This document shows positions 14,861-29,254 of a stretch of DNA of 64,000 bases, piece after piece. The position numbers were made by a program, and so were the translations under genes. Every line of letters begins with the position of its first letter. Positions within the stretch are counted from its first letter, which is position 1. Source of the stretch: the human T2T-CHM13v2.0 reference genome, Homo sapiens. The notes under the pieces were generated by a model, which worked only from the letters and a program-made list of their open reading frames with translations, was not told the DNA's origin and made no database searches. Location: assembly GCF_009914755.1 (NCBI RefSeq), contig NC_060930.1; one strand, 5' to 3'.

Positions 14861-15038
14861 CAGTGGTTTTCAACCCTGGCTGCATTTTAGAATCACCTGG
14901 AGAGCTTTCAAAACCACCAGTGCCTAGGTACCATCCTAAGGCAGTTAGGTCAGAATCTCTAGGTATGGGGCCTGGGCATCTATGTTTTTTAAGCTTCCCA
15001 CGTGGTGATAATGTATAGCCAGGATTGAGTGCCTCTAT
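14861..15038. mobile_element. MER5B-like hAT-Charlie MITE
   Basis: CAGTGGTTTTCAACCCTGGCTGCATTTTAGAATCACCTGGAGAGCTTT..TCAGAATCTCTAGG..GGGCCTGGGCATC. Confidence 0.85.
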
Positions 15039-15469
15039 TTTAGAGACATTAGATTTTGGCTGTGGAAGTTATCAGCTATTTTAGTACTGACTTTTAGATG
15101 CATTTCAGCCCTCTCCTCCATAGGAAGCTCCACATGACAAGGAGTGCTGTAAAGTTGGGATTAAAGAGTAAGGTTGGCTTCTAAGGGCAAGAGCATTATT
15201 ATCACTTAACAAACTGTGTTTAACTGGGGTCTCCTCTTCTTTAATATAAATGCATGTGATGTCTTTAGTTTCCAACTCCCACTCATTTTTCTAGTCTCTA
15301 CTGGACCCTAGTTAAGTTATTTTGAAGTTTTCAGGAATTTTTAAGAAGAGATGGTGCTGTTTTAAGTCATTGCATAAGACTTGAAAACTGAGAGATATAA
15401 ACTTACTGTTCTTTTGTGCAACCTAATCTGATATACCAGAAGATTCCACCATATCCTGATGTTTGAAGG

Positions 15470-15643
15470 TAATGGTTCTCCAAGTGGTCCCTAGCTCAGC
15501 AGCGTCAGCATCACATAGGAACTTTCAACATCACGTAGGAACATCACGCAGATTCTCAGGCTTACCCCACACAGACTAAATCAGAAACTCTTTAACAAGC
15601 CCTCCAGGTGATTCTACTGCAAGCTGAGGGTTCAGAACCACTC
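15470..15643. mobile_element. MER5A-like hAT-Charlie MITE with internal micro-duplication
   Basis: tggttctccaagtggtccc..cagcagcgtcagcatcac..aatcagaaactc..tttaacaagccctccaggtgattct..agaaccact; the catcac(a/g)taggaac motif is repeated. Confidence 0.8.
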
Positions 15644-17454
15644 TTTTAAAGTCATTTGCTAAGTCTGTGGAATTATTCTGGTGATAGGAGTAAAAAATCT
15701 TAACGTCGCTTGCCATCTTGGCTTCAGAATCATGGCAAAAATGGGGAAAAAATATGGTGGTATCTGTTGAAATATAACAAAGCTCTAGCCCCTTGAGTAT
15801 TTTGGACTTCCCACAGATCTGTGCTGCTCTGTAGCCTTCTGTACAAGGCAAGGATACTCACCTCTCAGGATCACAGCAATAAAGGATCCACTCAGGTGTA
15901 TAGAGGAAACCACATGTTCACCTTAGTGCATATATTGTGTTCACAGAACTTGTGTTTAGGTTGGATTCATGTTTTTTTTTGTGTGTGATCTTTTTCTCTT
16001 GTTTGTTTTGGTCTTTTGAGGACATTCCTAGTTTTAAAACCACTATCAGACGGGAGTAGTTGCACTGACTCATCCCCAGACAGACATGGGACATGTGAGA
16101 GAAAGATAGGATAAAAATGTGCTGGGTGTAATCAGTGTGAGAGGCTCAGTGCAGTGAAGGGGAGAGTGACACGGCTCTCGTGATGAAGTCAGAGGTAAGG
16201 CGGGACATTCACCTCGGCTCAGGATCCTAAAAGGCGCACGACCTCTTGCACCACAGGTGGAACCAGGTACAGATCCAAACAAGTATGCTGCTTGTCAGTA
16301 TCATTGGACTCTGTAGTCCATTAAGCAGGGCCTCATGATCAGCTAGCTATATCAAACCTAGCTGGTGGCTTTAGGAATGTAAATAGTGCAAAACACAGTG
16401 GGTTGGCCAGTTCTGGATGTTCATGTGAGGGTCTTTTACCAGCTGTTTCAGAATGTTGCCTGAGATTCATAAACACTAAAACAAAACAAAACAAACTCCA
16501 GCAGGATGACTTTGGATTACAGTTCATTCTGCTGTTAGTGGCATTCCTTTTCGTACATGAAGCCATATCCAAGATGATATGGCTTGAGTGCTAAGCCTCC
16601 GAGGTACAGTGATCTGGGTTTTCTTCTTGGGGGAGTGGGTAGGGCAGGCCAGTCACTTTCCTCAGATTCACCAAGATTCCTGGGAAGGGTCAAGAAGGCA
16701 GGTTCGGTGTTGGAACAACATCAGAAGGTCCACATGGAAGGGAAAGCTGCACTGAGGGACTTCTGTCTGGGGTCAGAGTTTGGAGGAAAGTCCAAAATAT
16801 TGTGCTGTTAACTGTGAACAGCATTCCAAATTGAACTCCAGGAGAGTACCAGGGACTTGTACACATTGGAAGTCAGATACAGCTGGTGGGCACTGGAAGT
16901 GCTGGGGACAGTAGGATCCTTTCCAGAGCCATCACCACTCACAGGTGAAATGTGTCAACACACGTCAGTTGCTCATCCATTTTGGTTTTCCCAAAGCATG
17001 GGCCTCTGCTTGCATGTTCTGGGGGCAAGGAGAGAGGGTATCTTGAAAGGATCTGGCATCAGGATCACTTTCACAGAGGAGTAAAACATCTGGTAGCAGT
17101 CCAGGAATAAAGCCTGCCCAGTAGCAGTCCAGAAGGCTTGTCTCTCAGCCCAGAGAAACCCCCAGTCCTTGGCTTCTGTGTCTCAGACCTGGAGATAATG
17201 AGGGACATCACCTGCTTGACCCCTCTTTGAACATTTCCTTAAGGAGGCTATAGAGGAGGCCTCTGGTTTTGAGACGGTCGGTGTCCTGACTTCTGTGTGC
17301 TGCTGAATTACAGAGTTGAAGTTTGAAAACTCTTAATTCCTCCCTGCCCAAAAGGGGCAAAAAGGGCTAAATCTTCCTTCTGTGTTGGTGTGAATGGGTG
17401 TGATGTATACAGTCATAACCTTAGATTTATCTATCATTTTCATGGCTGTAACTA

Positions 17455-17935
<481 letters not shown>

Positions 17936-20900
17936 TCAGTATGTCTCCACTTTGACTAAGGGAACTCCAAAGTCAATTTATCCAAGCTTCAGGGATCTTG
18001 ATTTTGTAATACTGAGACCTCACTGGCTTGTTCTTTTCTATCATATTTCCCATTTTGGTTTAAAAGAAGAGAAAGGGAGTTTGCATGATCCGTTAGAATT
18101 GTAGATGTGTTCTACGTAGCTGTCATTGTTTGAGAACCCATAGAAAGAACAGAGTTGAGTGTTAGGTTGTAGACAAGCATTCACATTGAACACAAAAGGC
18201 TTTTCAGACTTGTACTCTTGTGAAGTGTGGTTATTCTTAGGGATGGGACACTTCAAACTGCCTTTTTTCTCCAGGCTCTAGAGTAGATGTGATATTCCAG
18301 CAAGGGTGACCCAGCTCATCTTTCACAGATTCAGAAATGAGACACATAGATGAGTTTACTCTAAACTGCACTTAAACTTTCCTGTAGTCATTGCTTTCTC
18401 TCCCTGCCCCTGCCCCTTCTGTGGAAGTTGAAGCAGACTAATTGTATATCATCTTTTGTTGAACAGCGACATCGTGCTTGGAAGCCAGTGGGTCATTTGG
18501 GTCTAGTTTTCATTCTTTTCTTTGGATCTGCTTCACAGTTTAAATTAGGCCCAGGACATTGTATATGGTGGTTTAAGAAGGTGACTGTAACAGGCAGATG
18601 TTGAAAGATGGAAGCAGTAGGAGGAGGCCAAACTGTGGAGGACAGGGGTAATAACTGGATTGGCAAATGGGGGTTGAGGAGCATGGAAGGCAGCCCAGTC
18701 AGAATACCTTGGCAGAGGCTGGAGGGTTGTAGTTGTGTGATTGTGATGAAATATTAGGGGTGATGGCTGGGTTTGGAAGAGTTAAGCCGTTACGAAATTT
18801 CTTCAAAGAACATTATCAAACAACACATATGTACTGCTGATTAAGCAATATCATTAATGAGCCTGCTTTATAATTTAAAATGCAAGCAGATTTACTTTCA
18901 GTTTCAGTCATGGAACCATTGAGACACTTTGGGGAGGCAAGTGAACCACTGCAGTTCTTTCTATACTGGAAGGAAAAGGAGGAAAGCAAAGTTATTTTGT
19001 GGTTTTGGAGTAGTTTAAAAAAAAAAGTTTTGTGTTTTGATAGTGCCTTCCAAAGAGTTCAGCATTATGAATCATTTCTTCTTTGTCAAGGTGAGAGAGG
19101 CATTCTGTCTGTGAACTAAATCTCCCAAAGTCTTCAGTGTTTGATGGGCAAAGGAACGAGAGGAAAGAAATAGGAAACTGCCATGCCATCTTTCCCCCAT
19201 TATCTCCCTTTCATGAAAAATGATCTGTGGCTCGCTGCCAAGACTTTGTTTAAAAAAACTTGGTTGTCTGGTATTTCTCATCTGCATGAAAAATAAAAAG
19301 TGTCTCCATTTTTTTTCTGAGATAAATGGTAAAGATAAAGCTTTCTTAATGTTTAAAAATATAGGCTGCATACTCTCCAAGAAAAAAAGCCCTACAAACA
19401 ATGTCAGCTATTTTTGGAATATTATATAAACAGTTTTAACTGTCATATAGGGACAACGTATTTTTCCTGCACTCCTAACCCTCACAGGAATAAAGGACAT
19501 TGGCCCTTTCTTCACTGGCTTGGTATAGGCCATTTATTTACTAGCCACCTAAATAAGTGCCTACCAGCTGCTTTTAGGTGAAATCTAGGGACCATCCTAA
19601 ACATCTTATGTGCTAGGTGTGGGAAGCAGGCCCAGCAGGCTTGGGCTGAATAGAAGTAAGAGTTCCCAGCCTTGTGTTGTTGTTGTCCCAGGAGGCAGAT
19701 TTTCATCTGTGAAGTCATCTGGGAATCCAGTTGTAAGTTATATCCAGTTGTAAGAACTCAGTAACATCCCTTTGCTCAGTCCAGACCAATAACATTTTAA
19801 ACAGTTGCTGGACTTTTTAAAATAAAAATTTTGTGTTTCCTGCCATGTAAACAGAGATGTTCCTAAAAGAAAATAAATGAACCATTTGTCAGATAATGCA
19901 TTTATTCTGGTTACCTTAATCCCTTTGTTAGGTTTTTGTCATGGAGATAGTAGATGACAGCTTTGAAGGGATGTTAAGCAGTGGGGTTATTTTTTTTTTT
20001 CCCCAAGGAGACAGTTTTTAGGGCAGACTTTGAGTATTTTTTCTCTTGTTTTTGAGTGTGTAGCTGTATATTAAGATGGGAAAGCTGACTCTGACCCAGG
20101 AAAAACAGGACGGTAGGCCAGTCCACCTGCTGGGTCTGTTATTCACATTCTTGTTGGGTGTAACTGCCTTCCATGTGACTCTCGGTACCCCCTTCTCAGC
20201 AGCCCTGCTTTATGTCCCTAATGTTCCCCTGTTCATCTCACCTGGACTGCTTCCTGAGGGATTTTCTAGGGGAAGGACTAATCTGAGATGCAAATTAATG
20301 CCAAATTGATGATGGAACTCCTGAGTCCTGAAACGCAGTGCCTTGGATGTCATCTGACTTACCCTTTATTTTCTGGATGAGGATATTAAGGATCAAAGAT
20401 GTAAAGGAGGTTACTTGAAACCACCCAGTGAGGTCACTCTTACCTGTGAACTGACTCCGTGGTCACCACCATTCTTGCTGAGGAAGATCTGCAGCTGTCT
20501 CATGAACATATGTAATGTGCCTGGATACAGTCCTCGCTTCAGACTCACTACTTTATTTTCTAGGGAAGAACTAGGCTTTTTATTTCACTGTGGCTGGTGT
20601 GGGGGCATTCGGTGAAAAGGTAGCTATGGGAGACAACAGGCAGCCAAAATGCTACCTAATAAACCTTTGAACCTTGAAGAAGGATTGCCCGGTGGTAGCC
20701 CTATTATCCAGAGTGATGGGGCCTGAGTTTTCTGAGTGGTTGTAACTTTGATGGTTGTGACTTTGGGAAAGAAGTATATTGCATGTAATGTTTCCAAGAA
20801 TTAGTTACTGTGTGCCAGAGGAGTGGGCACATAAGCTGGATCAGTGGCTTTAATGGGCAGCAGTTGGCTGCAAGAGAAATTTGCAGTTTCACCAGTCTTA

Positions 20901-22368
20901 ATGCTGGGCAACCCATATATTAAATAATGTTTGGTACACTTGGATATCTTTTATTGGGAATTAAGCCCCCAAAGCAGCTTTCTGTAACTATTAAAGTCTG
21001 ATAATGCTAAGCTCTTCTTCAGGCACTGGAGAAGTTTGGCAGTCTCTGGAATAAGGAATTTGTTTGGCTTTGGCACTGATAGCCAAAATGCCACTTCTAG
21101 TCACTTTAAATGTTACCAAGATTTCAGTCTCATTGCCGATTATTGAAAGGTCTGTGGCAAATAAGATTTCAGTGCTGTGGTGAAGCAATCTGTGTGTGCT
21201 TTAAAGGTAAATAAAAATACAGCACATTTTCTGAGTATAATTCTCGTAGACAGAGTTTTGTTGGTCACCCAGATGGTTGGAAGTTCTGGTCCTTCAGCAG
21301 TATGGGTTGGTGGCAGTGGTGCTGGCTTCTGCAGCCTGTGCTGGTCCAGGCCTAAACTCAGGGAAAAGTATACATGTCCAGGGCTCATGTGACTTGATCA
21401 TATGGGGGCGTGCTTCATAGGTCACAGCCATGGTTATTCATCCATTTAGTTTCATTCCGCCGGCACGGTAATGCATGGAATAAAGATGGACATACAAGTG
21501 GGCATTGCTTCTGGTGAGTCTGCAGTATAGTGGGTGATAGGGATATGCAAACAGAAAGTTGTTTTTCTTGGGAGATGGCACTAATCCACCTTGCCTAGAA
21601 AGAAGGGAAGTCTTGCTGAACTGTGCATCCTGGCATGTATCTCTGCCATCATTCATTATTTTCACCTTTGATAATGAAATTTCTGACAATACAGGGTGTT
21701 GTTGGAGTTCATTTTTTTGTTGATAAAAGTATTACTGTAATCAAAGAATTCCTTGCAGAAGTTTTGCAACCCTCAAGGAAAAGTGATAAAAAAACAGACC
21801 CTGCATGATGGATTGCAGGTTTCAGGGAGGTGGGAGTTGTCCATCCTTTCGCGTTGGCTTTGCTTTTGTTTGTGTAACCATGAAAGGATACTGAGTCTGC
21901 TTTTTGTAAAGGAGATAACTTGGTTCATCCGTAACATGCAGAGTGTTGGGTGAATTAACGAGTGGAAGGCACGTAATGATGTGTGGCACTTATGTAGTAT
22001 TTTGATGATTTCACCTAGAATCTTGCCATCTGGAAACTTGCATTTACTAGGATGTAGAGCCAATTTTGGATGATACTGAGTCCAATGTTTATTTAAAATG
22101 GTTTAGATTTTCATTTGGCTAAAATCTAGGAGGTTGTAGACTAATAGAATAACAATAATGATAGCCTTTCCTAAGGAGCTCTGAATAGCCTCAGTAGTAC
22201 TATAGTGAGAGGTAAAAGACAAGAATCTTACCTTATTTCATAGTGATGCAGTTGAAACATGGTAGCCTGCACAGGGTGGTAGAGCTGGCCCGTTTTGAAA
22301 TGAGAAGTTGAATTCCTGATCTATGGCTTTGGCACTTGCTTTGCTACCAAGAATTGCTATCTCCAAAA

Positions 22369-22692
<324 letters not shown>

Positions 22693-24286
22693 TCTATCTC
22701 CAAAATCTTCAAGCCATGAAGAATCTTTGCCATCTTATTTATTTTCCCAGCTCCTGGGGAGCAGAGGTTTCCCACTTGGAGTTTAGATTTTGCTGAAAGC
22801 ACCAAAATCCAGGCCTGAAAGATCTCAAAGTGGATCAGGGCCTGGGGACCAGCTGTGCATTATTGAGATTGGAGCCCAAGTTGGCAGGGAGGCCATGGCT
22901 CCTTAACTATCCAGGAAGGCCCTCTGCCCTCTTACTCAGCGCTTCAGCAGAACAGGGCTGGGCTCTTGATCCTGAGACAGCTGGGAGTCTGCAAGGTGTG
23001 CCCCATGCTTTCCTTCAATGTAGAGATGCCTTTTACCTCCCATTAGAGTGCTTCAGAGGCTACTTAGGGTGCCTTAGGAAAAGGTATCGTTATTATTATT
23101 CCATTAGTCTGTAACCTTCTAGATTTTAGCTGAATGAAACTCTAAACCACTTAAAACACACTGGGCTCAGTAGCATACAAAATCGCTCTGTGCTTAGAGG
23201 CGTCTGCAAAGTGGTGGGCGTGCTGCCCCAGTGGCTGTCACTCTGGCTGCTGCCCTTATGTCTCCTTCAAGGGTACATGGAAGAGAGATGAGGGACACAT
23301 GCCTAAGGTCGGCTTCTACCACATTCCTATCCCACTTTCTCAGCCGGCTTCCTACTTTTTCACTGCCTCTGAAATAGACACAGACCTGCCAGTCCTGGAA
23401 GGCCTCAAGCCTCTGGAAAAGCGAAGATCACTTTTCCCCAAAGATGTTAATTCCAAACTTGTTTATGTTCCTCCTTGGAATGACAGCTTATAAAAATATG
23501 TGCAGTATTAAGAGATGAAGCCTGAGGGTGAAGGACAACATAGTACTTGACAGGCACCAGAATTAGGTGACACATTTCACTCTTGAGTTTCATAGCAGCT
23601 GGAGCAAAAAGGGACATAAGATTAGCTTCCAAACTTATGTTATGCCTTTAAATGAAAACAGAAGTAGCGTGGCTTTTTCTGTTACTTAGAAACTTTTTCT
23701 CTTGGGACATCATAAAGAGAACACTGATCTAATAAACGACATTCTCCTGCTTGAAACTTGGTTCTCTGAGGTAATGAGCCAGTCCATTAGTTTCAGTGTA
23801 CCTTCCTCAGTGATGTATCTATGTTCATCTATCTGGCCTTGTGAATATTTTTTTGACGTAACATGAGCTAGACTGAGTATGAATGGCTCCAAACTTAGGA
23901 GTGACTAGGATTTACAGATGAAGCAGTATGGATCAGTTTCTTTGGGAAGGTTCTTGGAGGACCCTATGGGAGGAAACCCTGGACAGGTAGGAAAACTGAG
24001 GAAGCAGAAGAGAAGGGCAGAAGACAAAAACCCTGGCATAAGAAATTGTCAATACTGAGAAGTGGCAGGGACGTAGCAGAAGGGGATGGTTGAGGGGAAG
24101 ACCAGGGGGCTGGTATGTAGTTGGTCCCCAACAGCAGTGTATTGGTGTACTCGACCCTCCAGTGTGATTCTGGGCATGAGACAAGACTCTTGTTCTCATG
24201 AAGCAGGGCATCAGGGAATGGGAGTTGGTGAGGAAATTACATTAACATTTATTGAGCACCATTCTCACTATAAACCTGAACGTAAA

Positions 24287-24334
<48 letters not shown>
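24287..24334 (+). repeat. (TAT)16 perfect microsatellite (derived from Alu-monomer tail)
   Basis: Directly visible; source of the poly-Tyr in ORF 24086..24379. Confidence 0.97.
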
Positions 24335-24335
<1 letters not shown>

Positions 24336-24455
24336 TTAGTAGAGATGAGGCCTTGCTGTGTTGCCTAGACTGGTCTTGAACTCCTGGGCTCAAGCAATCC
24401 TCTCACCTTGGCCTCTCAAAGTGCCTCTCAAAGGTGTGAGCCACCATGCCCAGCC
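24335..24455 (-). mobile_element. FLAM/AluJ left monomer
   Basis: tagtagagatgaggccttgctgtgttgcctagactggtcttgaactcctgggctcaagcaatcctc..gagccaccatgcccagcc. Confidence 0.85.
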
Positions 24456-24619
24456 TATTCGTTTTTAATTTCTGAAGAAACTGAGGCTAACAGCTGGGTC
24501 TGGCCCATGACTGGTTCAGTTGGTATTTGGTGGACCAAGTTGACCAAGCTCACCCAGCTTCTGAGTGACAGAGTGAATATAAACCCAGCCTGCTCACTCC
24601 ATTTCCTAGTTTTCTCACC

Positions 24620-24710
24620 TCTACCAGGGTCTCTGTTGCTCACAAGAGCTCAGGGCTGGGAGAAGCCTCTGTGTGACAGATGAAGGGGTCCTGCTGCTCT
24701 CTAGGGAAGA
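24620..24710. promoter_or_regulatory. FOXO3 intronic enhancer around rs2802292 (G allele at 24662)
   Basis: Sequence equals the recalled rs2802292 flank. The G allele gives aGAAgcCTCt, an imperfect nGAAn-nTTCn heat-shock element. From recalled literature, this is an allele-specific HSF1-bound stress enhancer. Confidence 0.8.
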
Positions 24711-27483
24711 ATCGGTCCCAAATTGCTCAAGGGAGTAAGGTGGTTTCGTTGAGGAGCATCAGCTAGGGGGATTGATGGGAATAGGTGTCAGGCAGCCAGT
24801 GGAAATTTTGTGTGCCCACCTGTGGCACATGTATTATGCAAATTCATGCAAAAATATATATATGTGTATGTGTGCACACACAAATACACACACACACGCC
24901 CCACACACTTGTTCTACGGCTTGCTTTTGAAGTGAGAGCCCCGGCTCAGTGTTGGCCTTGTTTTTTCTCCCCTTCGTTTTAGACCAGTCTGTGTTCCTGC
25001 AAACAGACAAGGCATTGTTTAAAGTACAATGTACTCTCCTGCTTTTGCATTGTCATCAGAAACCCTTGGCAAAATGTTTAATTTTTCTCACAGAGGTTAT
25101 CTGTACTTACTTGACTTCCCTGATGGTACATTTGGTTCTGGAACCTGGAACTTTTCTTTTGCCCACCTGTATTGTGTTAAGTCAGCCATAGGACACACAT
25201 AAATATTTTTATAGAAAACTTAAGGATTCTTTCGCTTTGAGATGACTCAGACCCATGTTTCCAAACTGGGACATGCACTAGAGAAGGGCTCCCCCATCCT
25301 CCCTCCTCCTCTAGCTTCTTGTCTGTGTAGCGTCCTTCCTAATACCCACTGTTTGCAGTCAGGCAAAAGGAACGTGCTTCCTAAGTGTAAGCTTCCATCT
25401 AAAAATGAACATAATTTCAAAGGCAACTTTAAGTTAACAGCTCTAAGTTCTGTGATAATCTGCTAACAGTTGCATTGCTTATGATCTCATTTACGAATGT
25501 GTTTTATCATCTTTAAGTTGATAAGTTCAAGAAAGGTACATAAAGTGTGTGTTGTTTTTTAATTATTTTGAACTATTCAGTATATTGAAAAATTCAATTT
25601 TTGTTTTTCTCTGCATTTGGGCTTGTTCCTTTTGCTAGTTTTCTGATTGATTTGCATAGACCATTGACTGGATGTTGTATTTTTTTTTTCTCAAAGCTAA
25701 ACTGTATGAAAAATCAAGACTTAAAAAAGGTAAATGGAGGCAGTTGCACAATTACATTTGTTTAATGAGCTTTTACATTTTAAAACTTTTAATTAATGTT
25801 ATACTATTTCAGAAATTCAACTGTAGTTATAAAATTATAAAGAATGCATTTGTTATTTAAAGTGAGATATGCGTGCAGACACACAGACCATGGTCTTCCC
25901 TTCTTCCTCTGGTCTACTGCTTCTGCCTTATATCCCCTAGATTCCTTCTCACTCCCCAAAAGGCAGAGGTTAAGAAGAAAGTTAAAATATCAAGACACAC
26001 TAAACTGTTTTTGTGGTGAGTCAAGCTGCAGTGCCTCGCTGACTGGGAAACAATGGGCTGGGCCTCCTAGAATATAGTAGGCTGGAGAAACAGAAAATAC
26101 AGCTTGACTGGGCCTTGCCCTCTCACTCCAAGCCTCAACAGGATGCTAGAGCTTTAGCATGCTTTCTGCTGTGCTGGGATTATTTTCTGCAACTAGACAA
26201 AAAACCCACAAAACTCCACATGGTTTGTTCTCAAGCAACTGGAATATGGAAAGGCTTGAAGGAATACTTACACTTTTTGATGGAAGGTAATGACCTTAGT
26301 TCTTCAGTATTTATTAGGTAAGCATGGGTTCTGCAGTATAGCATTTAAAAATTCATGTTCCTCAGGGTTTCCTAAGACAAAATAGAGTGTGTTTGGTCCA
26401 GTGTGATGGAGAAGTTTGATGCAAATCCGTCTTAAGGAGGAGAATGGAGGCTGTCATGGAGTCCTGTGGACTGTTTCGCAAGTAGTTGTTTTCCATGTTC
26501 CAGTTTTACTTAACTTCAGAAAATTATTGTTTTTGAAAATAAAGAAAAAATCTAAGTGGTAGAGAGAAATATAGGCTGTATTTAAACTGGCCTTTATAAT
26601 TTTTCCTGGGCACACGCAGCCCACATTTTGGAGCTCTGTGACATAAGCACCCCCTGCCCCGGAGCTGGGAGTCTTGACCGGGCCAGGCCTTGGCTGCCCT
26701 GGGCTACACAGACACAAGCACAACCCGAATCTTTGTTTACTTCCTCTCCAAGTGCTGGGGACATTCAGTACTAAGAAGGACTGTGTGCTTGCACAAACAC
26801 TCCTGCCAGCATTCTCTCAGCCCTGCCATTCCTGACTGTCTTGGAAAGTTCTTCGTTTAAGGCAGGCTTTTGTTCTTAGAGTGCATGCATTATTCCCCAG
26901 TCAGGCAGCCTTTTCCGGGTTTCCAGTGCAGACTTGCAGGTCCACTCCCCTGCAGCCTAGCCCAGGGGTGGAACCTTAGCTTTAGTTGCCATTAAGAGCA
27001 GGAGGAGGAGTTAGGCAGGGGTGACTGGCTGTTCATGTGAGTTCCTGTGACTGATGTCTCTGAAGAAACCAATGCCTTCTTCAGATCCTTATGGGAAATT
27101 TAGGGGACTTTTGGATTACACAGTGTTGCCTTTTGCTGATTCTAAGATAGAGCCTTCCAATTGTAAGTATGTTAAAAACACACAACTATTTCCTACTGAA
27201 TGTTAGTCAAGCTAAAGAGTGAATCTGCAATTTCATGAATAATCAAAACAAAAGCATGCTGCCAGGATGAACTGTTGCAAGAGCAGGTGCTATTTTTTTC
27301 CAGAAACTTTTTTATCCTCGATCACGTTATGGGTATTAAGAGAGTTATTCTTAAAGGATATCATGTTCAGTGCAATGTCTTAATAGAAAAACCTTAAACA
27401 TAAGTATGCAGGCAAACACAGGTACATAGCTGTATAAAGTTAAATATGAAGACTGGAATTCATTAATAGGATTTAATTTAAAT

Positions 27484-27636
27484 CTTTTTTTTTTTTTGAG
27501 ATGGCTTTACTCTGTCATGCAGGCTGGAGTGCAGTGGCATGCTCACTGCAGACTGGAACTCCTGGGCTCAAAGGATCCTGCCACCTCAGCCTCCTGAGTA
27601 GTTGGAACTACAAGCGTGAGCCACCACACCCAGCAC
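27484..27636 (-). mobile_element. Alu right-arm monomer (FRAM/AluJ)
   Basis: Poly-T, gagatggc..aggctggagtgcagtggc..ctgggctcaaaggatcctgccacctcagcc..gagccaccacacccagc. Confidence 0.85.
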
Positions 27637-27659
27637 CCACCTTTTTTTGAGAAATAATA

Positions 27660-28003
27660 CAGATTGAGCATCCCTAATTTGAAAATTTGAAATCCAAAAT
27701 GCTCCAAAATCTGAAACTTTTTGAGCGTTGACATGACACTACAAGTGGGAAATTTCACATCCAATCTCATGTAAGGGGTTGCAGTCAAAACTTTGTTCTG
27801 TGCACGAAATTATTTAAAATACTAAATGAAATTATCTTCAGGCTATGTGTATGAGGTGTGTATGAAACATAAGTGAATTTCCTGTTTAAACCTGGGTCGT
27901 ATCCCTAAGATATTTTATTATGTATATGCAAATATTCCAAAATCTGAAGAAATCTGAAATCTGAAACACTTCCAGGTAATTTGGATGAGGGATACTCAAC
28001 CTG
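27660..28003. mobile_element. Tigger4b (MER46/Zombi-type) TcMar MITE, complete
   Basis: TIRs cagattgagcatccct / agggatactcaacctg, TA target duplications on both sides, internal gaaatccaaaatgctccaaaatctgaaactttttgagc. Confidence 0.88.
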
Positions 28004-29254
28004 TACTCAAATTAGAGGAAAGAAAAGAAGTAATGGATAGACAAAAGAAAAGTACTTATTTAGAGTTTACAATGGCCAAGAATTAGGAATGAAGAATTGA
28101 GACTGATGTTCTTGTCAGAATTTTGGATGCCTTGCTTGCAAATATGGTTTTAAAAATATGCAACTTTTCTCATTTTAGTATTGGGATTGTGGCGCTTTTT
28201 TGAGCCTCATATGACAGCTTTCAGATTGGAGATAACGTTAGAGCTCATCCTAGCTCAGCTGCCTCCCCTGACAGCAGACGAAACTGAGGCCCAGCACTTG
28301 GTGGTGGGCTCAGAGTGCCAAACTAGTTAATGAGGCAGAGTAGACAGGCAACAGCCTTCTCATGTAGGTAGGCCTCATCCTTTAGAAGATGTTGCTGCCT
28401 GCCCTTGTGACTTGTAAAGATCTGTTTGAAGCATGAGTAAGGAGATGGGGGCTCAGGAGTGTTACAGCATTTCACATCTCAGGTGTAGCTGGGACTTATC
28501 GGGTGACCTTTTAGAAACTGTTTATTTTCATTTTTGTACCCCACATTGGGATAAGTATGGTCCACTGACATTGAGAATAACCAGGCCTGTTGTAGACAGC
28601 CAGCCATCCTGAAACTACTAGGTTTATACTTCTTACCTGTTAGAACAGAGTTTCCCAAGTTGTATTCCCTTGGAAACACTAGCAGTCGTGCATCATTTGG
28701 GCAGTTAGGTTACACAAAATTTAAATGGTCTATTTATTTTCTTTTCCAGACAGAACTCAGGGCAGTCCCACCTCAAGGGAAATCTCATTACATCCTTCTG
28801 ATGGTGGGGTAGCTGGGAGTCAGCATGAAATCCAAAATTCTAAATCATCGGGAAAAAGCAGAAGGGTTGGAACCCAAATTAAACTGAAGTCCTAAATAAA
28901 GTTCACTTTTCGGTCAGGCATTCAGGAAGCAGCACGTGAAAATTTGCTTGGATACAGTTTCCTCATAGTTCTTCAGCAGCTTGAAATAACATCTTGAGCT
29001 GGCTGTAAACAAAACATCTCAAGTTATCGTTTTTCTTTCCATTTGATTGAGCCAGTTATTGTATAGGGAGGTGACACAAAACAAAACTTCGTGTTTCTGA
29101 AGCCGAGATTTTGGGATTGTACTTTATGCAAAGTTACTTATAAGTTCTGATTACTTTGAGAGAAAAATATTACAGTATCCTTAGGAAGTTTTATGTATTT
29201 GTTTTAAAGCTAAGCACCACCCTCTTTTTAGTTAAAAAAAAAAAAAGTTTGGAA

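Larger units (their letters stand above)
24240..24600 (-). mobile_element. MIR relic interrupted by an Alu monomer
   Basis: taacatttattgagcacc before; tgaagaaactgaggct..gctcacccagcttctgagtgacagag..aaacccag after. Confidence 0.55.

Noticed and set aside
24086-24379. Poly-tyrosine ORF
   Set aside because: Translation of the (TAT)16 STR plus an Alu monomer.
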